UHGV virus genome: UHGV-0332176
Source: a virus
Direction: 5' to 3' (one strand)
DNA: 64,000 bases
Each line of letters starts with the position of its first letter. Position 1 is the stretch's first letter. The translations under genes were made by a program, and so were the position numbers. This document shows positions 19,924 to 29,405 of this stretch, one piece after another. The notes under the pieces were generated by a model. That model did no database searches and was not told the origin of the DNA. It was given only the letters and a program-made list of their open reading frames with translations.

Positions 19924-20598
19924 ATGAAAAAAAATAAAAATATGAATACGAATGTGAATGATATGTTTGAAGTATTAGCAACATTAATTCCTGATTTAGT
20001 TGATACTATTATGGATGATACAAACGAAGATATTAATAAAGAAAATAAGAATAGAAAATGTAATTATAAATGTCATTGTTCTTGTTGTGATGATGATATT
20101 TCATTACAGGATTTACTTGGTGATTTACCATCATTAGATGAATTACTTGATGATAGTAATGATGAGGATATTGTTGCAAAAATTTCTCCTGAAACTAATC
20201 AGCGAATTAAAGAAAATGAAACTAAAATTAAAAATAAAACTAAAAAATTTTTAGTTGATTCTCCTGTTAAAGTAACTCAACAAGAAAATAGAAATTTATC
20301 TGAAAATAAAATTCTTATTACAGCTAATGATTTAAGAAATAAACAAGAAAAGTCTGCTAGATTATTTAAAATTAAAAATGCAGTTATTTCTATTGTAAAT
20401 GATAAACTTATGGCAAATTCTAATGATGCTGAAAAAACAGAAATATCAATAGTTTTTAATAATATTGTTTTTCCTGTTTTAAAGAATTTAAGTATTGATG
20501 AAATTAAAGATATTGTAGAATATGTAAGAATTGAATTGTTAAAAAATGGATTTGTTGTAGAATATACGACATCTTTATGTCTTACAATTAAATGGTAA
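19924..20598 (+). CDS. hypothetical protein (Cys-rich N-terminal segment CNYKCHCSCCDDD)
   Basis: ORF with an AGGAGAAAATAAAAT-ATG context. Confidence 0.5.
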   Translation: MKKNKNMNTNVNDMFEVLATLIPDLVDTIMDDTNEDINKENKNRKCNYKCHCSCCDDDISLQDLLGDLPSLDELLDDSNDEDIVAKISPETNQRIKENETKIKNKTKKFLVDSPVKVTQQENRNLSENKILITANDLRNKQEKSARLFKIKNAVISIVNDKLMANSNDAEKTEISIVFNNIVFPVLKNLSIDEIKDIVEYVRIELLKNGFVVEYTTSLCLTIKW

Positions 20599-20630
20599 TT
20601 ATAGGAGTTTTATACTCCTATAATTTAATA
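20599..20630 (+). terminator. rho-independent terminator
   Basis: ttataggagt / actcctataa 10-bp stem with a 5-nt loop, followed by tttaatat. Confidence 0.55.
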
Positions 20631-20654
20631 TAAAAATAATTTTGGAGAAACTTA

Positions 20655-21428
20655 ATGGATGATAAAAATTTTATGGTAGAATCAGATACACAACCAATAG
20701 ATAAACCAGTTATTATAACGGCTATTGAAAAAGAAGATGTCCAAACCTTTTTATATAATTATTTTTTTGTTAATGATATTCCAGAAGGAATTTCATATGA
20801 TATTAGTAAAGATTCATTAATTAATGAATTATATATTGATAGAGATAAAATTGTTAGATGCTATCGGAATAATAAAACTTTTAATATTGAAAATCATTAT
20901 GAAAAAACAAAATTTGGAGAAATTGTTTCATATATAACTAAAAATAATTTAATTATTGGAAATATTAAATGCGAATGCCATCAAATTTTTGATTTGGTAG
21001 ATTTTATTTCGTCTTTACCTCAATATAGTTTAGCTTATGAAATTAATAAGTTTAATATAACTCCTAAATATAAAATTGGTGATTCAATAAGTTATATAGA
21101 AATGCCTTTTGATTCTTATTTAAATACAAAAGGAAGAATTATGTTTGAAACATTAACGGGTTTAAGTTATGAGGATAAAGAAAAATATATTAAAAATTTC
21201 ATTAAATCCAATGCCTTGGAACAAAATTCTATAATTACAGGAGTTAAATTATTTGTGGATAAAATCTGTGATTTTTCAACAAAATATGTTTTTGCATATT
21301 ATGTTGATAGAAATTGTAATTTTGTTTATGAAGAATATATTTGGTTAAATGATGATGAAATTGGTCATAAAAAAGCATTAGAAAAATGTATTGATAAAAT
21401 ATTTAATAATTTTTCAAATAATTCTTGA
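20655..21428 (+). CDS. hypothetical protein
   Basis: 257-aa ORF with a GGAGAAAC RBS. Confidence 0.5.
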   Translation: MDDKNFMVESDTQPIDKPVIITAIEKEDVQTFLYNYFFVNDIPEGISYDISKDSLINELYIDRDKIVRCYRNNKTFNIENHYEKTKFGEIVSYITKNNLIIGNIKCECHQIFDLVDFISSLPQYSLAYEINKFNITPKYKIGDSISYIEMPFDSYLNTKGRIMFETLTGLSYEDKEKYIKNFIKSNALEQNSIITGVKLFVDKICDFSTKYVFAYYVDRNCNFVYEEYIWLNDDEIGHKKALEKCIDKIFNNFSNNS

Positions 21429-21437
21429 CAAATTTAA

Positions 21438-21480
21438 AAAGTGCTTTATATTAAAAACGTATAAAGCACTTTAATTTTTT
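21438..21480 (+). terminator. rho-independent terminator (overlaps a TTGACA -35 at 21425-21430)
   Basis: aaagtgctttata / tataaagcacttt 13-bp stem with a 9-nt loop and a T7 run. Confidence 0.65.
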
Positions 21481-21495
21481 TAGAAAGGGATATTG

Positions 21496-22173
21496 ATGCT
21501 TGAAATTGCTCAATTGATTACCAAGGAAAAAGGGCGTGAATTAATTAAATCAATGCCATTATGGAAAATGGAATATTTGTCAAGAATTTCTATTAATTCA
21601 TTAAAAATGATAGATGAAATTCATAATCATTATGTTACAATTATGAATAATAGTATGAAAATCAATGTTTCCACACATACCGCATTATTGTCGTTATTTA
21701 ATGATATGTGTCCTTGTTGTGGTAAAGTTTTTACTCATTATGCTTTAATTAATTCATATAAATGTATAGATAAAAATGGTAAAAAAGTTTATCAATTAAT
21801 ACCGTGTAATCCAGATACTAATGGAGATTTTGTTTTTTACAATAAAGACCATATAATTCCTCAATCGTGTAATGGAGTTAATAAAATGATAAATTTACAA
21901 TTTATGTGTAAAAATTGTAATTCTAAAAAAAGTGCAATTATAACAGATGAAGAATTAAAATATGGTTATTATAGAAAAGGTATTTTTCATAATATTAAAA
22001 ATAATGATATTTTAAATATTAATGATATGAAAATTAAAATTTCTTCTGTTGAACAAGTTAAAGGTGGTTTATTTTATTTAATGAGTGATAATGTTAATAC
22101 TTATTTTGATTGTAATGGAAAAAGTATTGATGGTAGATTTAAAATTAAAGGAGTAAATTATGGAGAATATTAA
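21496..22173 (+). CDS. HNH endonuclease
   Basis: CPCCGKVF...DHIIPQSCNGVNKMINLQFMCKNCNSKK shows the HNH motif with flanking Cys pairs. Confidence 0.7.
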   Translation: MLEIAQLITKEKGRELIKSMPLWKMEYLSRISINSLKMIDEIHNHYVTIMNNSMKINVSTHTALLSLFNDMCPCCGKVFTHYALINSYKCIDKNGKKVYQLIPCNPDTNGDFVFYNKDHIIPQSCNGVNKMINLQFMCKNCNSKKSAIITDEELKYGYYRKGIFHNIKNNDILNINDMKIKISSVEQVKGGLFYLMSDNVNTYFDCNGKSIDGRFKIKGVNYGEY

Positions 22174-22450
22174 AATTAAATTTAAAAATTCAGGAATTAT
22201 TTTAATTGCTCCAACATATATTGATGATAATGGTATAAAGCGTTTTAAAGAAAGTTTTAAACCATACCCTTGGATTGATAAAGATAGAAATGAACAACGA
22301 CTAAGATGGTTACAAAATGAAATTTCCGATGAAGAATTAGTAATATTTGATATAGTATCAGGTGTTTCAGTAGAATTTTTAGAAGAATGTTTTTCGTGGG
22401 AAGGTAATTTAGATATAATTGAAATTATTGAAGATAATAAAGGAGAATAA
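22160..22450 (+). CDS. hypothetical small protein
   Basis: AAGGAG RBS 7 nt upstream. Overlaps the HNH gene's 3' end by 14 nt. Confidence 0.5.
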   Translation: MENIKIKFKNSGIILIAPTYIDDNGIKRFKESFKPYPWIDKDRNEQRLRWLQNEISDEELVIFDIVSGVSVEFLEECFSWEGNLDIIEIIEDNKGE

Positions 22451-22452
22451 AA

Positions 22453-23688
22453 ATGGCTAATTTTGAATGTAAAGTGGTTAAAATTGAAAAGAAGGCAAAT
22501 CATCCAAATGCTGATAGATTAACAATTTATAATATCGGCGGATATAATTGTATTTCTAATAAATTACCAGATGGTTCTGACCGTTATAATGTTGGTGATT
22601 TAGTCGTTTATATTCCTGAAAACGCTTTACTTCCTGAATGGTTGTTGAAGAAAATGGATTTTTGGAATGAAGAAAAGAACTGTGGAATGCTTGCAGGCAA
22701 AGAAGGGAATAGAGTAAAACCTTTGAAACTTCGTGGTATTTTTTCAGAAGGTATTTTGTATCCTGTTAAAGAATTGGAAATGGGAAATGATGCAGAAGAT
22801 AATTATTATCATACTATAAACATTATTGAAGGTGAACCTTATGGTACTGGTGATGAATATGTTGAGGAAAATTCTTATATGCCATATTTAGAAGTATATA
22901 AGGATGACAATGTTGCTGAATTTCTTGGTATTACAAAATATGAACCTCCTATTCCTGCAAAAATGGGTGGAGAAATTTTTAATGGTGGAACTGAAATTGT
23001 TGTTCCTTATGATGTTGAACCAATCCAAAAGTTTATGGATGCTTTTATTGAAGGTGAAATGTTTGAAGCAACTGAAAAAATTCACGGAACTCAAACTCGT
23101 TTTATTTTTACTAAAGGTGTTGTAAATGATGAAACTTTTGGTGAGAATAAGGATATTTATATTGCTTCAAAAGGACAGGGTGATAAAGGATTATTTTTTA
23201 AGAATAATTTGTCTAATGCTAATTCATATTATGTCCGTGCATTTAAGTTAAATGATATTGAAAATAAGGTTGTTAATTCTGAACTTTATAAAAATTCTGA
23301 TATGTTAACTTTATTTGGTGAAACTTATGGTATGCAGGATTTAAAATATGGTTTGGAAAATGGACATATTGGGTATCGTTTATTTGATGTTTATGTTGGA
23401 AAACCTCGTTATGGTAGATTTTTAAATTATGAAGAATGCAAAGCATTTGCTTCAGAACTTGGAATTGAACGTGTACCATCTTTATATGTTGGAGAATATT
23501 CATATGAAAAAGTTAAAGAATTAACTGATGGTAAAACAACTCTTGGTAAAAATAAAAACCAAATTCGTGAAGGTGTAGTTATTCGTCCATTAAATGAACG
23601 TTATATAAGTGAGCTTGGTAGAGTATTTTTAAAATCTGTTTCAGAAGCATATAAACTTCGTAAAGGCGAAACAACAGAATATAATTAA
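22453..23688 (+). CDS. RNA ligase (Rnl2-like nucleotidyltransferase) with an N-terminal tRNA-binding (Myf/EMAP-like) OB domain
   Basis: N-terminal VKIEKKANHPNADRLTIYNIGGY matches the EMAP/CsaA HPDADKL pattern. EATEKIHGTQTRFIF matches T4 Rnl2 motif I AREKIHGTNFSLII. AAGGAG RBS. Confidence 0.65.
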   Translation: MANFECKVVKIEKKANHPNADRLTIYNIGGYNCISNKLPDGSDRYNVGDLVVYIPENALLPEWLLKKMDFWNEEKNCGMLAGKEGNRVKPLKLRGIFSEGILYPVKELEMGNDAEDNYYHTINIIEGEPYGTGDEYVEENSYMPYLEVYKDDNVAEFLGITKYEPPIPAKMGGEIFNGGTEIVVPYDVEPIQKFMDAFIEGEMFEATEKIHGTQTRFIFTKGVVNDETFGENKDIYIASKGQGDKGLFFKNNLSNANSYYVRAFKLNDIENKVVNSELYKNSDMLTLFGETYGMQDLKYGLENGHIGYRLFDVYVGKPRYGRFLNYEECKAFASELGIERVPSLYVGEYSYEKVKELTDGKTTLGKNKNQIREGVVIRPLNERYISELGRVFLKSVSEAYKLRKGETTEYN

Positions 23689-23697
23689 GGTGTAAAA

Positions 23698-24369
23698 ATG
23701 TTATTACCATTAAAAAAAGAATATGTTCCAAATTTTGATGAGTGGATTAAATTCAGTCCAACTTTTGAAGATATTAAAGAAATTGAAGAAATTATAAATG
23801 CCGAGCAACCCCAAAAAGAAAAAATTTGGGGTTGTCAGGATATTGAATTTTGTGGAATGCATTTTATATTGATTAGTCAAACAATTAATGATAATAATAT
23901 ATTATATACTTATATGGATGAAAGTAATCATTTAATTTTAAATGCTACGCAAAATGATTTAATATCAGTAGAAGAAAAAGATGTATTTTGTAATAGTTAT
24001 ACAACTTATTCGCAAAATATATATAAAAATGATTTATATTATAGAGGTAAAAAAGTATTTGAAGAACATCCAAATAAATGGAAACATAAAAATGCTTTAA
24101 CCGAGAATGAAGAAAATTTAATAAAATTAGTTGATTCATTGCTTGATGAAGACTTTATAGTTATTTTTGAAAAAATATCAGAATATAGAATTAAAATATA
24201 TCAATCTGGAATCATTGAAGATATTAAATTTCCTTTTAAAAAAGTATCTAAATTTAAAGATAATAAGAGAAATCAATTTTTCAAGAAAATTAAAGATAAT
24301 TATAATATGTTTCCATATTTTAAAAAATATTGTGATAAAGTATTTTTTTATCTTGACAATGAAAATTAA
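23698..24369 (+). CDS. hypothetical protein
   Basis: 223-aa ORF. Confidence 0.5.
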   Translation: MLLPLKKEYVPNFDEWIKFSPTFEDIKEIEEIINAEQPQKEKIWGCQDIEFCGMHFILISQTINDNNILYTYMDESNHLILNATQNDLISVEEKDVFCNSYTTYSQNIYKNDLYYRGKKVFEEHPNKWKHKNALTENEENLIKLVDSLLDEDFIVIFEKISEYRIKIYQSGIIEDIKFPFKKVSKFKDNKRNQFFKKIKDNYNMFPYFKKYCDKVFFYLDNEN

Positions 24370-24380
24370 TAATTTATAAT
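24353..24380 (+). promoter_or_regulatory. sigma70-like promoter TTGACA-16-TATAAT
   Basis: tcTTGACAAtgaaaattaataattTATAAT, lying inside the 3' end of the upstream gene. Confidence 0.5.
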
Positions 24381-24414
24381 AAAAACGGAATATTAATTTA
24401 TGGAGATTATAAAA

Positions 24415-25110
24415 ATGAATTTATTTAAAAAATTAACAAATAGTTTATTAAATCTATTTAACACAATTGTTTCAATTCTAACTTTTGGTTTTATTAAATT
24501 AAATAAATCTATTAGAAAAGAATTTAATGTTGAACTATTAAAAGCACAATTATCTGATTTTGAATTAAAAAGAAAAGAAAATTATGATAAGTTAGTTAAT
24601 GAGGTTCAGGAAGCAGCAGTTATTGAAAAGAAATTACAAACTTTGAATAATGAAAAAAATAATCTTTTGAAACAATTAGATGATGCTAAAAATAAAGATG
24701 ATAAAATTTTATTTACAAAATTAGCAACAAAACTTAAAGTTAAAAATGAAATTATCAAAAGCAGAGAAGATGCTTTATGCACAAGAAAAACAACTATTTC
24801 TGATATTGAAAAAACTAATGATAATCTTGAATTGGAAATTGAAAAAACTAAAGGGAAGATTGAAATTTTTGAAGCTAAAAAAGAAAATGTTGAAGTTAGA
24901 AAAGAAAGCAATAACATTAAAAGTACATTATATTTGCCCAATGGAACTGATTCATCCTTAAATATTAATGAAATTAACGAAATGTATGATGATGAGATTG
25001 TTCGTGAAAATGCTAAATCAGAGTTTTTAGAACAATTTGCTCCAACTATTTCTAATGAATCTTTTACTTCTATTGAAGAAATGGAAAAATTTTTAGAAGA
25101 AAACAAATAA
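24415..25110 (+). CDS. coiled-coil protein, possibly PspA/IM30-like; the alternative start at 24400 lacks an RBS
   Basis: N-terminal amphipathic MNLFKKLTNSLLNLFNTIVS followed by long heptad coiled coil. The architecture resembles PspA. Confidence 0.4.
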   Translation: MNLFKKLTNSLLNLFNTIVSILTFGFIKLNKSIRKEFNVELLKAQLSDFELKRKENYDKLVNEVQEAAVIEKKLQTLNNEKNNLLKQLDDAKNKDDKILFTKLATKLKVKNEIIKSREDALCTRKTTISDIEKTNDNLELEIEKTKGKIEIFEAKKENVEVRKESNNIKSTLYLPNGTDSSLNINEINEMYDDEIVRENAKSEFLEQFAPTISNESFTSIEEMEKFLEENK

Positions 25111-25115
25111 TAATT

Positions 25116-25139
25116 TTAGGGGAGTTTAAACTCCCCTAA
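25116..25139. terminator. perfect 24-bp palindrome, candidate bidirectional terminator
   Basis: ttaggggagttt / aaactcccctaa. GC-rich for this genome. No strong T-run. Confidence 0.4.
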
Positions 25140-25155
25140 ATATAAGGAATACAAA

Positions 25156-25572
25156 ATGTTACATAGAGAATTAATTTCCAAATTAGTTAAAAATTTAACA
25201 AAATCTTCTTTTAATGAAAAATATCTATATGAAAAATTAATTCAATATAAACTCGCCTGTGCAAAAAATAATTTTGATTTTAATGTAGATTTAACGAAAT
25301 ATTTTAATTCATATGAATTAAAAGAAATTTTTGATAATTATAAATTCAATCAAAATACATTTGAATTTAATAAGTGGTTTTCTAAAATTTTTAATATATC
25401 TATTGAAGAAAAAGAAAAACATAAATGGCAATCATATTTTATCATTACATTAATAATTTTGTTTTTTACTATTTTTATCGGATGTATGTTTTTATTTTCT
25501 GAATGGATTATAATTTTTATAGGAATATTTACAACTTTCTTTTTTATGATAATGGAGTGGCTAAATGAATGA
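25156..25572 (+). CDS. membrane protein (two C-terminal transmembrane segments)
   Basis: Hydrophobic stretches YFIITLIILFFTIFIGCMFLF and IIIFIGIFTTFFFMIM. Confidence 0.5.
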   Translation: MLHRELISKLVKNLTKSSFNEKYLYEKLIQYKLACAKNNFDFNVDLTKYFNSYELKEIFDNYKFNQNTFEFNKWFSKIFNISIEEKEKHKWQSYFIITLIILFFTIFIGCMFLFSEWIIIFIGIFTTFFFMIMEWLNE

Positions 25573-25936
25573 ATATGATTTTATAAAGAAATTAGAAGAA
25601 ATATCTTCAAAAAAAATAACAGAAGATAATAGTAATTTAAAAGATGTTTTAACTAATATTATTACTATATTAAAAGAACATTCAGAATATATGAATAATA
25701 TTAATTCAGCTTTAAAATGTTGTGATTTAATTGGGATTGATGATAAATTATATAAAGTAATTAGATATTTGTTAGATTATTTAATAACGCCTGAAGCAAA
25801 TGAATTAGTTGATTGGTGGCTTTATGAAGATGTTAATCACGTGTTATATTCATCGGAAACAAATGAAATTACTGATGATTTAAATAAAATTGAAGATTTA
25901 GTAGATTATATCTTAAAAAATTATCCAGTAAAATAA
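25565..25936 (+). CDS. hypothetical protein
   Basis: ORF translationally coupled to the preceding gene. Confidence 0.5.
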   Translation: MNEYDFIKKLEEISSKKITEDNSNLKDVLTNIITILKEHSEYMNNINSALKCCDLIGIDDKLYKVIRYLLDYLITPEANELVDWWLYEDVNHVLYSSETNEITDDLNKIEDLVDYILKNYPVK

Positions 25937-25944
25937 AAAATCTA

Positions 25945-25972
25945 TTGACAATTAATTTCTCTATGTTATATT
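25945..25972 (+). promoter_or_regulatory. sigma70-like promoter TTGACA-16-TATATT
   Basis: ctaTTGACAAttaatttctctatgtTATATT. Overlaps a terminator-like hairpin at 25954-25997 (atttctctatg / catagagaaat followed by a T-run). Confidence 0.5.
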
Positions 25973-26013
25973 TACAGCATAGAGAAATTATTTTTATATG
26001 AAAAGGATAAAAA

Positions 26014-26268
26014 ATGAAAGAGTTATTAAGAAAACTTAAAGAAATTGGTATTTATATTAAGAATGGAGCAGTATTTTCCATTAATCAGATTAAAAAACAA
26101 GATGAACCAACAAAATGGGCGATGGTAGGTGTTGATATTTATGTTTGGTTGATTATATGTGGGTTTTTTATGGAGTTTGTTAAATTTGTTTTTTGTGGTT
26201 TTGTTATTTATTTTTTGATTTATTATGCACTTAAATTAGGCGAAACACATTTTAAAAAGAAGGAATAA
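26014..26268 (+). CDS. small membrane protein
   Basis: Hydrophobic core WAMVGVDIYVWLIICGFFMEFVKFVFCGFVIYFLIYYAL. Confidence 0.5.
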   Translation: MKELLRKLKEIGIYIKNGAVFSINQIKKQDEPTKWAMVGVDIYVWLIICGFFMEFVKFVFCGFVIYFLIYYALKLGETHFKKKE

Positions 26269-26272
26269 AATA

Positions 26273-26569
26273 ATGGTGAATTCTTGGGAAGATTTTGTTA
26301 AACTTCTTGAAGATAATTGCGACAAATTTAATTTTACAATTACAAAATTTTGGTTAGATAAAGAACAAGGTTGGTATGAAGAATATATTGAAGTTTTTAA
26401 ATTAGGTTGTTGTCGTTTGTTTATTAATAATGAAAATAAAGAAGTTTGTGTTGTTGAACATATGGGTGATAGGATTACATCTTATGAATTACAAATAGCT
26501 TTTAATTGTGACTATAAAAGATATATTCAAATAATTAATGCTATTTTTGATATTGATTTGAAAGGTTAG
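26273..26569 (+). CDS. hypothetical protein
   Basis: ORF with a GGAATAAAATAATG context. Confidence 0.45.
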   Translation: MVNSWEDFVKLLEDNCDKFNFTITKFWLDKEQGWYEEYIEVFKLGCCRLFINNENKEVCVVEHMGDRITSYELQIAFNCDYKRYIQIINAIFDIDLKG

Positions 26570-26573
26570 TAAA

Positions 26574-26873
26574 ATGAAAGCAATTCGTTGTTATTTAATT
26601 GATAATGATTTAACTGAATTATGTGAATCACAATCAAAAAACTGGTTTGTTAGATATTGGGTGTACAACGGATATGCTTATAGTTGGACTAAATGGCAAT
26701 CAATGGGACAACTTAAAAATATTAAAAAATATTTGTGTATTTGGGAGAATCTAAATGGTAATGAAATTAAACAAAGAAAAATAGAATTAGAATTTTCTAA
26801 TAGAGAAAAGTTTTCTATTATGTTAAAAGATAAACAATTAGTTAAAAATTTTAGGTGTAGATTGCCTTTTTAA
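26574..26873 (+). CDS. hypothetical protein
   Basis: ORF. Confidence 0.45.
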   Translation: MKAIRCYLIDNDLTELCESQSKNWFVRYWVYNGYAYSWTKWQSMGQLKNIKKYLCIWENLNGNEIKQRKIELEFSNREKFSIMLKDKQLVKNFRCRLPF

Positions 26874-26890
26874 TAAAAGGGAGAAATAAA

Positions 26891-27592
26891 ATGTTACTTG
26901 TTGATAATTTTGATAAAGTTAAAAATGTTGTTCAATGGAAGCCTGAACAAACATATTATAAATTTGTTGCTTTAATAAGAGCAAAAGATTATAAAGATGG
27001 AGAAAGACCTGTTTTGCTTGATAAAGAAAAGCAAGAATGTTTTGTTCGTCAATGGCTTGTTGATAGTGAAGAATATTTTGACCGTGTTAAAGAAGATATG
27101 AAAACAGTTGTTGAAATGTTTAGGTGTCGTTTATATATGACATTAGATAGAAAATCAACAATGAAAACTTTAATAGCTGCTCGTGATGTTGTAAATCGTC
27201 AATTAGATTCTTATCTTGGAGTTAAAGAACCACAAGTTTCAGTTAAAATGTTTAATAAACTTGTTCCATCGGTAACTCAATTAGCTGAATCTTCTGACCG
27301 AGATGGTCGTAGATGGATGTTTGATGTTGATACAAAAGATGTTAATGTTTTAAATGTTGTTAAAAAATTATGCGGAACAGATTATCTTGAATCTTTTGAA
27401 ACGAAAAATGGTTATCACGTTGTTGCAGATAAAAAATTTGATGCTAATGGAAGATTATTTTGCTTAAAAAATAATGGAAAATTAGCAAAATTTAATGATT
27501 CTTTATTTAATGAAAATGAAAAAAAATTGTTAAGAGAATCAGAAGTTGAAGTTAAAGCTAATTCATTAGTTCTTGTTGCTATGGGGGCATAA
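26891..27592 (+). CDS. hypothetical protein, slightly GC-richer than its neighbours
   Basis: 233-aa ORF with a GGGAGAAATAAAATG RBS. Confidence 0.5.
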   Translation: MLLVDNFDKVKNVVQWKPEQTYYKFVALIRAKDYKDGERPVLLDKEKQECFVRQWLVDSEEYFDRVKEDMKTVVEMFRCRLYMTLDRKSTMKTLIAARDVVNRQLDSYLGVKEPQVSVKMFNKLVPSVTQLAESSDRDGRRWMFDVDTKDVNVLNVVKKLCGTDYLESFETKNGYHVVADKKFDANGRLFCLKNNGKLAKFNDSLFNENEKKLLRESEVEVKANSLVLVAMGA

Positions 27593-27963
27593 TGATAAAA
27601 CTTGGTAAAAAATTTCAAAAAATGATACCATTATATGAAATGTTTGCTAAAGAATTTGCAAGTGATAACATTGATTTTAGTGATAAAGCAAAGGAAGATA
27701 TGTATCGTTATGAAACATATGGAGAAGGTTTTGTTGATGAAAGAAATGGTTATTTTTTAGGAAAGAAAATTCTTAATTTACAAGTAACATCTTGGAAAGA
27801 AGATATGAGAAATGGGCTATTATATTTTTTTGAATTATATGAAGATAAGAAATATCCTCATTGGTGGCTTAATTCTGTATTAAAGGGAAGTATACAGGAG
27901 TTTTGGTTAAATAAAAATCCCAATACTCCTGTTTATAGATATATTGATGGATTTTTAAAATGA
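27592..27963 (+). CDS. hypothetical protein
   Basis: ORF with ATGA coupling. Confidence 0.45.
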   Translation: MIKLGKKFQKMIPLYEMFAKEFASDNIDFSDKAKEDMYRYETYGEGFVDERNGYFLGKKILNLQVTSWKEDMRNGLLYFFELYEDKKYPHWWLNSVLKGSIQEFWLNKNPNTPVYRYIDGFLK

Positions 27964-28289
27964 ATTTTGATAATGAACTTATTAAATTATATAAAATTAA
28001 ATTTGATATATCTATTTGGAAGAAAGAAAAATTAGTATGGTTAAATAATTTTATTATTCCTAAAAATTTACAGCATATGCACATTGGAACAAAAATAATG
28101 GAGCAATTCTGTCAATGGTTAGACATTAATCAATATGATAGTAAATTATTAGTATCTACTTGTTATGGAACACCTGAAGATATTTTAATTGCTTTTTATC
28201 AAAAATTTGGTTATATTATTGAAAAAAGTAAAACAAAAAATTTATATATGATACGGAGATATGTTAATGCCAATAGAAAATTTGTATAG
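27960..28289 (+). CDS. hypothetical protein, possible GNAT acetyltransferase-like fragment
   Basis: HIGTKIMEQFCQW...FYQKFGYII weakly resembles a GNAT acetyl-CoA-binding region. Confidence 0.4.
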   Translation: MNFDNELIKLYKIKFDISIWKKEKLVWLNNFIIPKNLQHMHIGTKIMEQFCQWLDINQYDSKLLVSTCYGTPEDILIAFYQKFGYIIEKSKTKNLYMIRRYVNANRKFV

Positions 28290-28683
28290 TTTTAAATCAG
28301 TTGTTAAATTTAGATTTTATGATAAAAAAGAAAATAAATTGTTATATCCTGAAAATACTTCAACAGGAAATGATATATTTTATAATGTTGATGGAGAACG
28401 TAAAACAATTGGTTTTTTATTTTTATTTCCAGAGAGATTTGAACCAAATCAATTAGTATATATTGATGGAAATGTAAATGTTTATGAAAATGATATTATA
28501 CGTTATATTGATGAAGATGGTGAAGATACTGATTTTGAAACAATAGTTAGAGAATTTGGTGAAGTTGAATTAATAGATGGTTATGTTGATTTTGATTTAA
28601 CTTTTATTAAATATATTAATGAAATGGGGTTAGGTTTTTTTGTTGCAGGAAATGTTTATGAGGTTAAAGATGAATTATGTTGA
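28261..28683 (+). CDS. hypothetical protein
   Basis: ORF. Confidence 0.45.
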   Translation: MLMPIENLYSFKSVVKFRFYDKKENKLLYPENTSTGNDIFYNVDGERKTIGFLFLFPERFEPNQLVYIDGNVNVYENDIIRYIDEDGEDTDFETIVREFGEVELIDGYVDFDLTFIKYINEMGLGFFVAGNVYEVKDELC

Positions 28684-29029
28684 TATGATTTATGCTATTG
28701 ATAAAAGAGCTAAAGAATTTATAAAATCTATGGAGTATTCTAATTGGGAATATCAACATACAACTATTTTAAATAATATGATTATAATTACTATTGGAAA
28801 ATCATTTTGTTCTGAATGGTGCGAAGAAACATTTGAAATTTTACCAGAAGAATTTAATTCTGAAAATGGTATTCAAATGTATATTGATAGATTAAAACAA
28901 GAAGAAATTGAAAAACAAAAAGAATTAGAAAAATCTAAAAAAGCTATTGAAGAACGAAATAAACAATTAAGATATGAAATGTATCTTCAATATAAAAAAG
29001 AATTTGAAAATGAGGAAAATAATGAGTGA
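28670..29029 (+). CDS. hypothetical protein (start adjusted to the ATG with a GAGG RBS)
   Basis: ORF. Glu/Lys-rich C-terminus. Confidence 0.45.
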   Translation: MNYVDMIYAIDKRAKEFIKSMEYSNWEYQHTTILNNMIIITIGKSFCSEWCEETFEILPEEFNSENGIQMYIDRLKQEEIEKQKELEKSKKAIEERNKQLRYEMYLQYKKEFENEENNE

Positions 29030-29405
29030 TTATAAAAGACATTATATGTGGAATAATTCAGATTGGAAAGAATTTTTAGATTATCAAAATGAAAGATGCC
29101 CTTATGCAGGTGATTTTTCACGAGTAGTTAGAAAAAATTTTGACCCTTTATGGGGAACAGGAATTTCAGAAGAAGATGAAGAAAATTTACCAGAATTTAC
29201 TGTACAGATTAGTGGTACAAAGACAATTGATTGTACAGGATATATTACAGTTAAAGCATTAAATGAAGAAATGGCTTCGGATATGGTTAAACAACAAAAA
29301 ATTAATTTTGATGATATTGATTGGTGTGATGATAATGGAACTGAATATTATAATGATATTGATGTAGTTAGTGTAGCAAGAACTTTATATAATGGAGATT
29401 TTTAA
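29022..29405 (+). CDS. hypothetical protein (start adjusted to the ATG with a GAGG RBS)
   Basis: ORF. Confidence 0.45.
   Translation: MSDYKRHYMWNNSDWKEFLDYQNERCPYAGDFSRVVRKNFDPLWGTGISEEDEENLPEFTVQISGTKTIDCTGYITVKALNEEMASDMVKQQKINFDDIDWCDDNGTEYYNDIDVVSVARTLYNGDF

Noticed and set aside
22078-22503. 141-aa minus-strand ORF overlapping the HNH gene, the small ORF and the RNA ligase gene starts
   Set aside because: It is antisense to three well-supported plus-strand genes, has no RBS, and is low complexity.
22888-24379. Several 60-76-aa ORFs on both strands (22888, 22904, 23273, 23945, 24167)
   Set aside because: All overlap better-supported genes in other frames. This is typical spurious-ORF behaviour in AT-rich DNA.
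24606-25106. 166-aa minus-strand ORF rich in Ser and Leu, antisense to the coiled-coil gene
   Set aside because: It is a shadow ORF of a Lys/Glu-rich coiled-coil coding region. It has low-complexity composition, no RBS, and lies fully inside a better gene.
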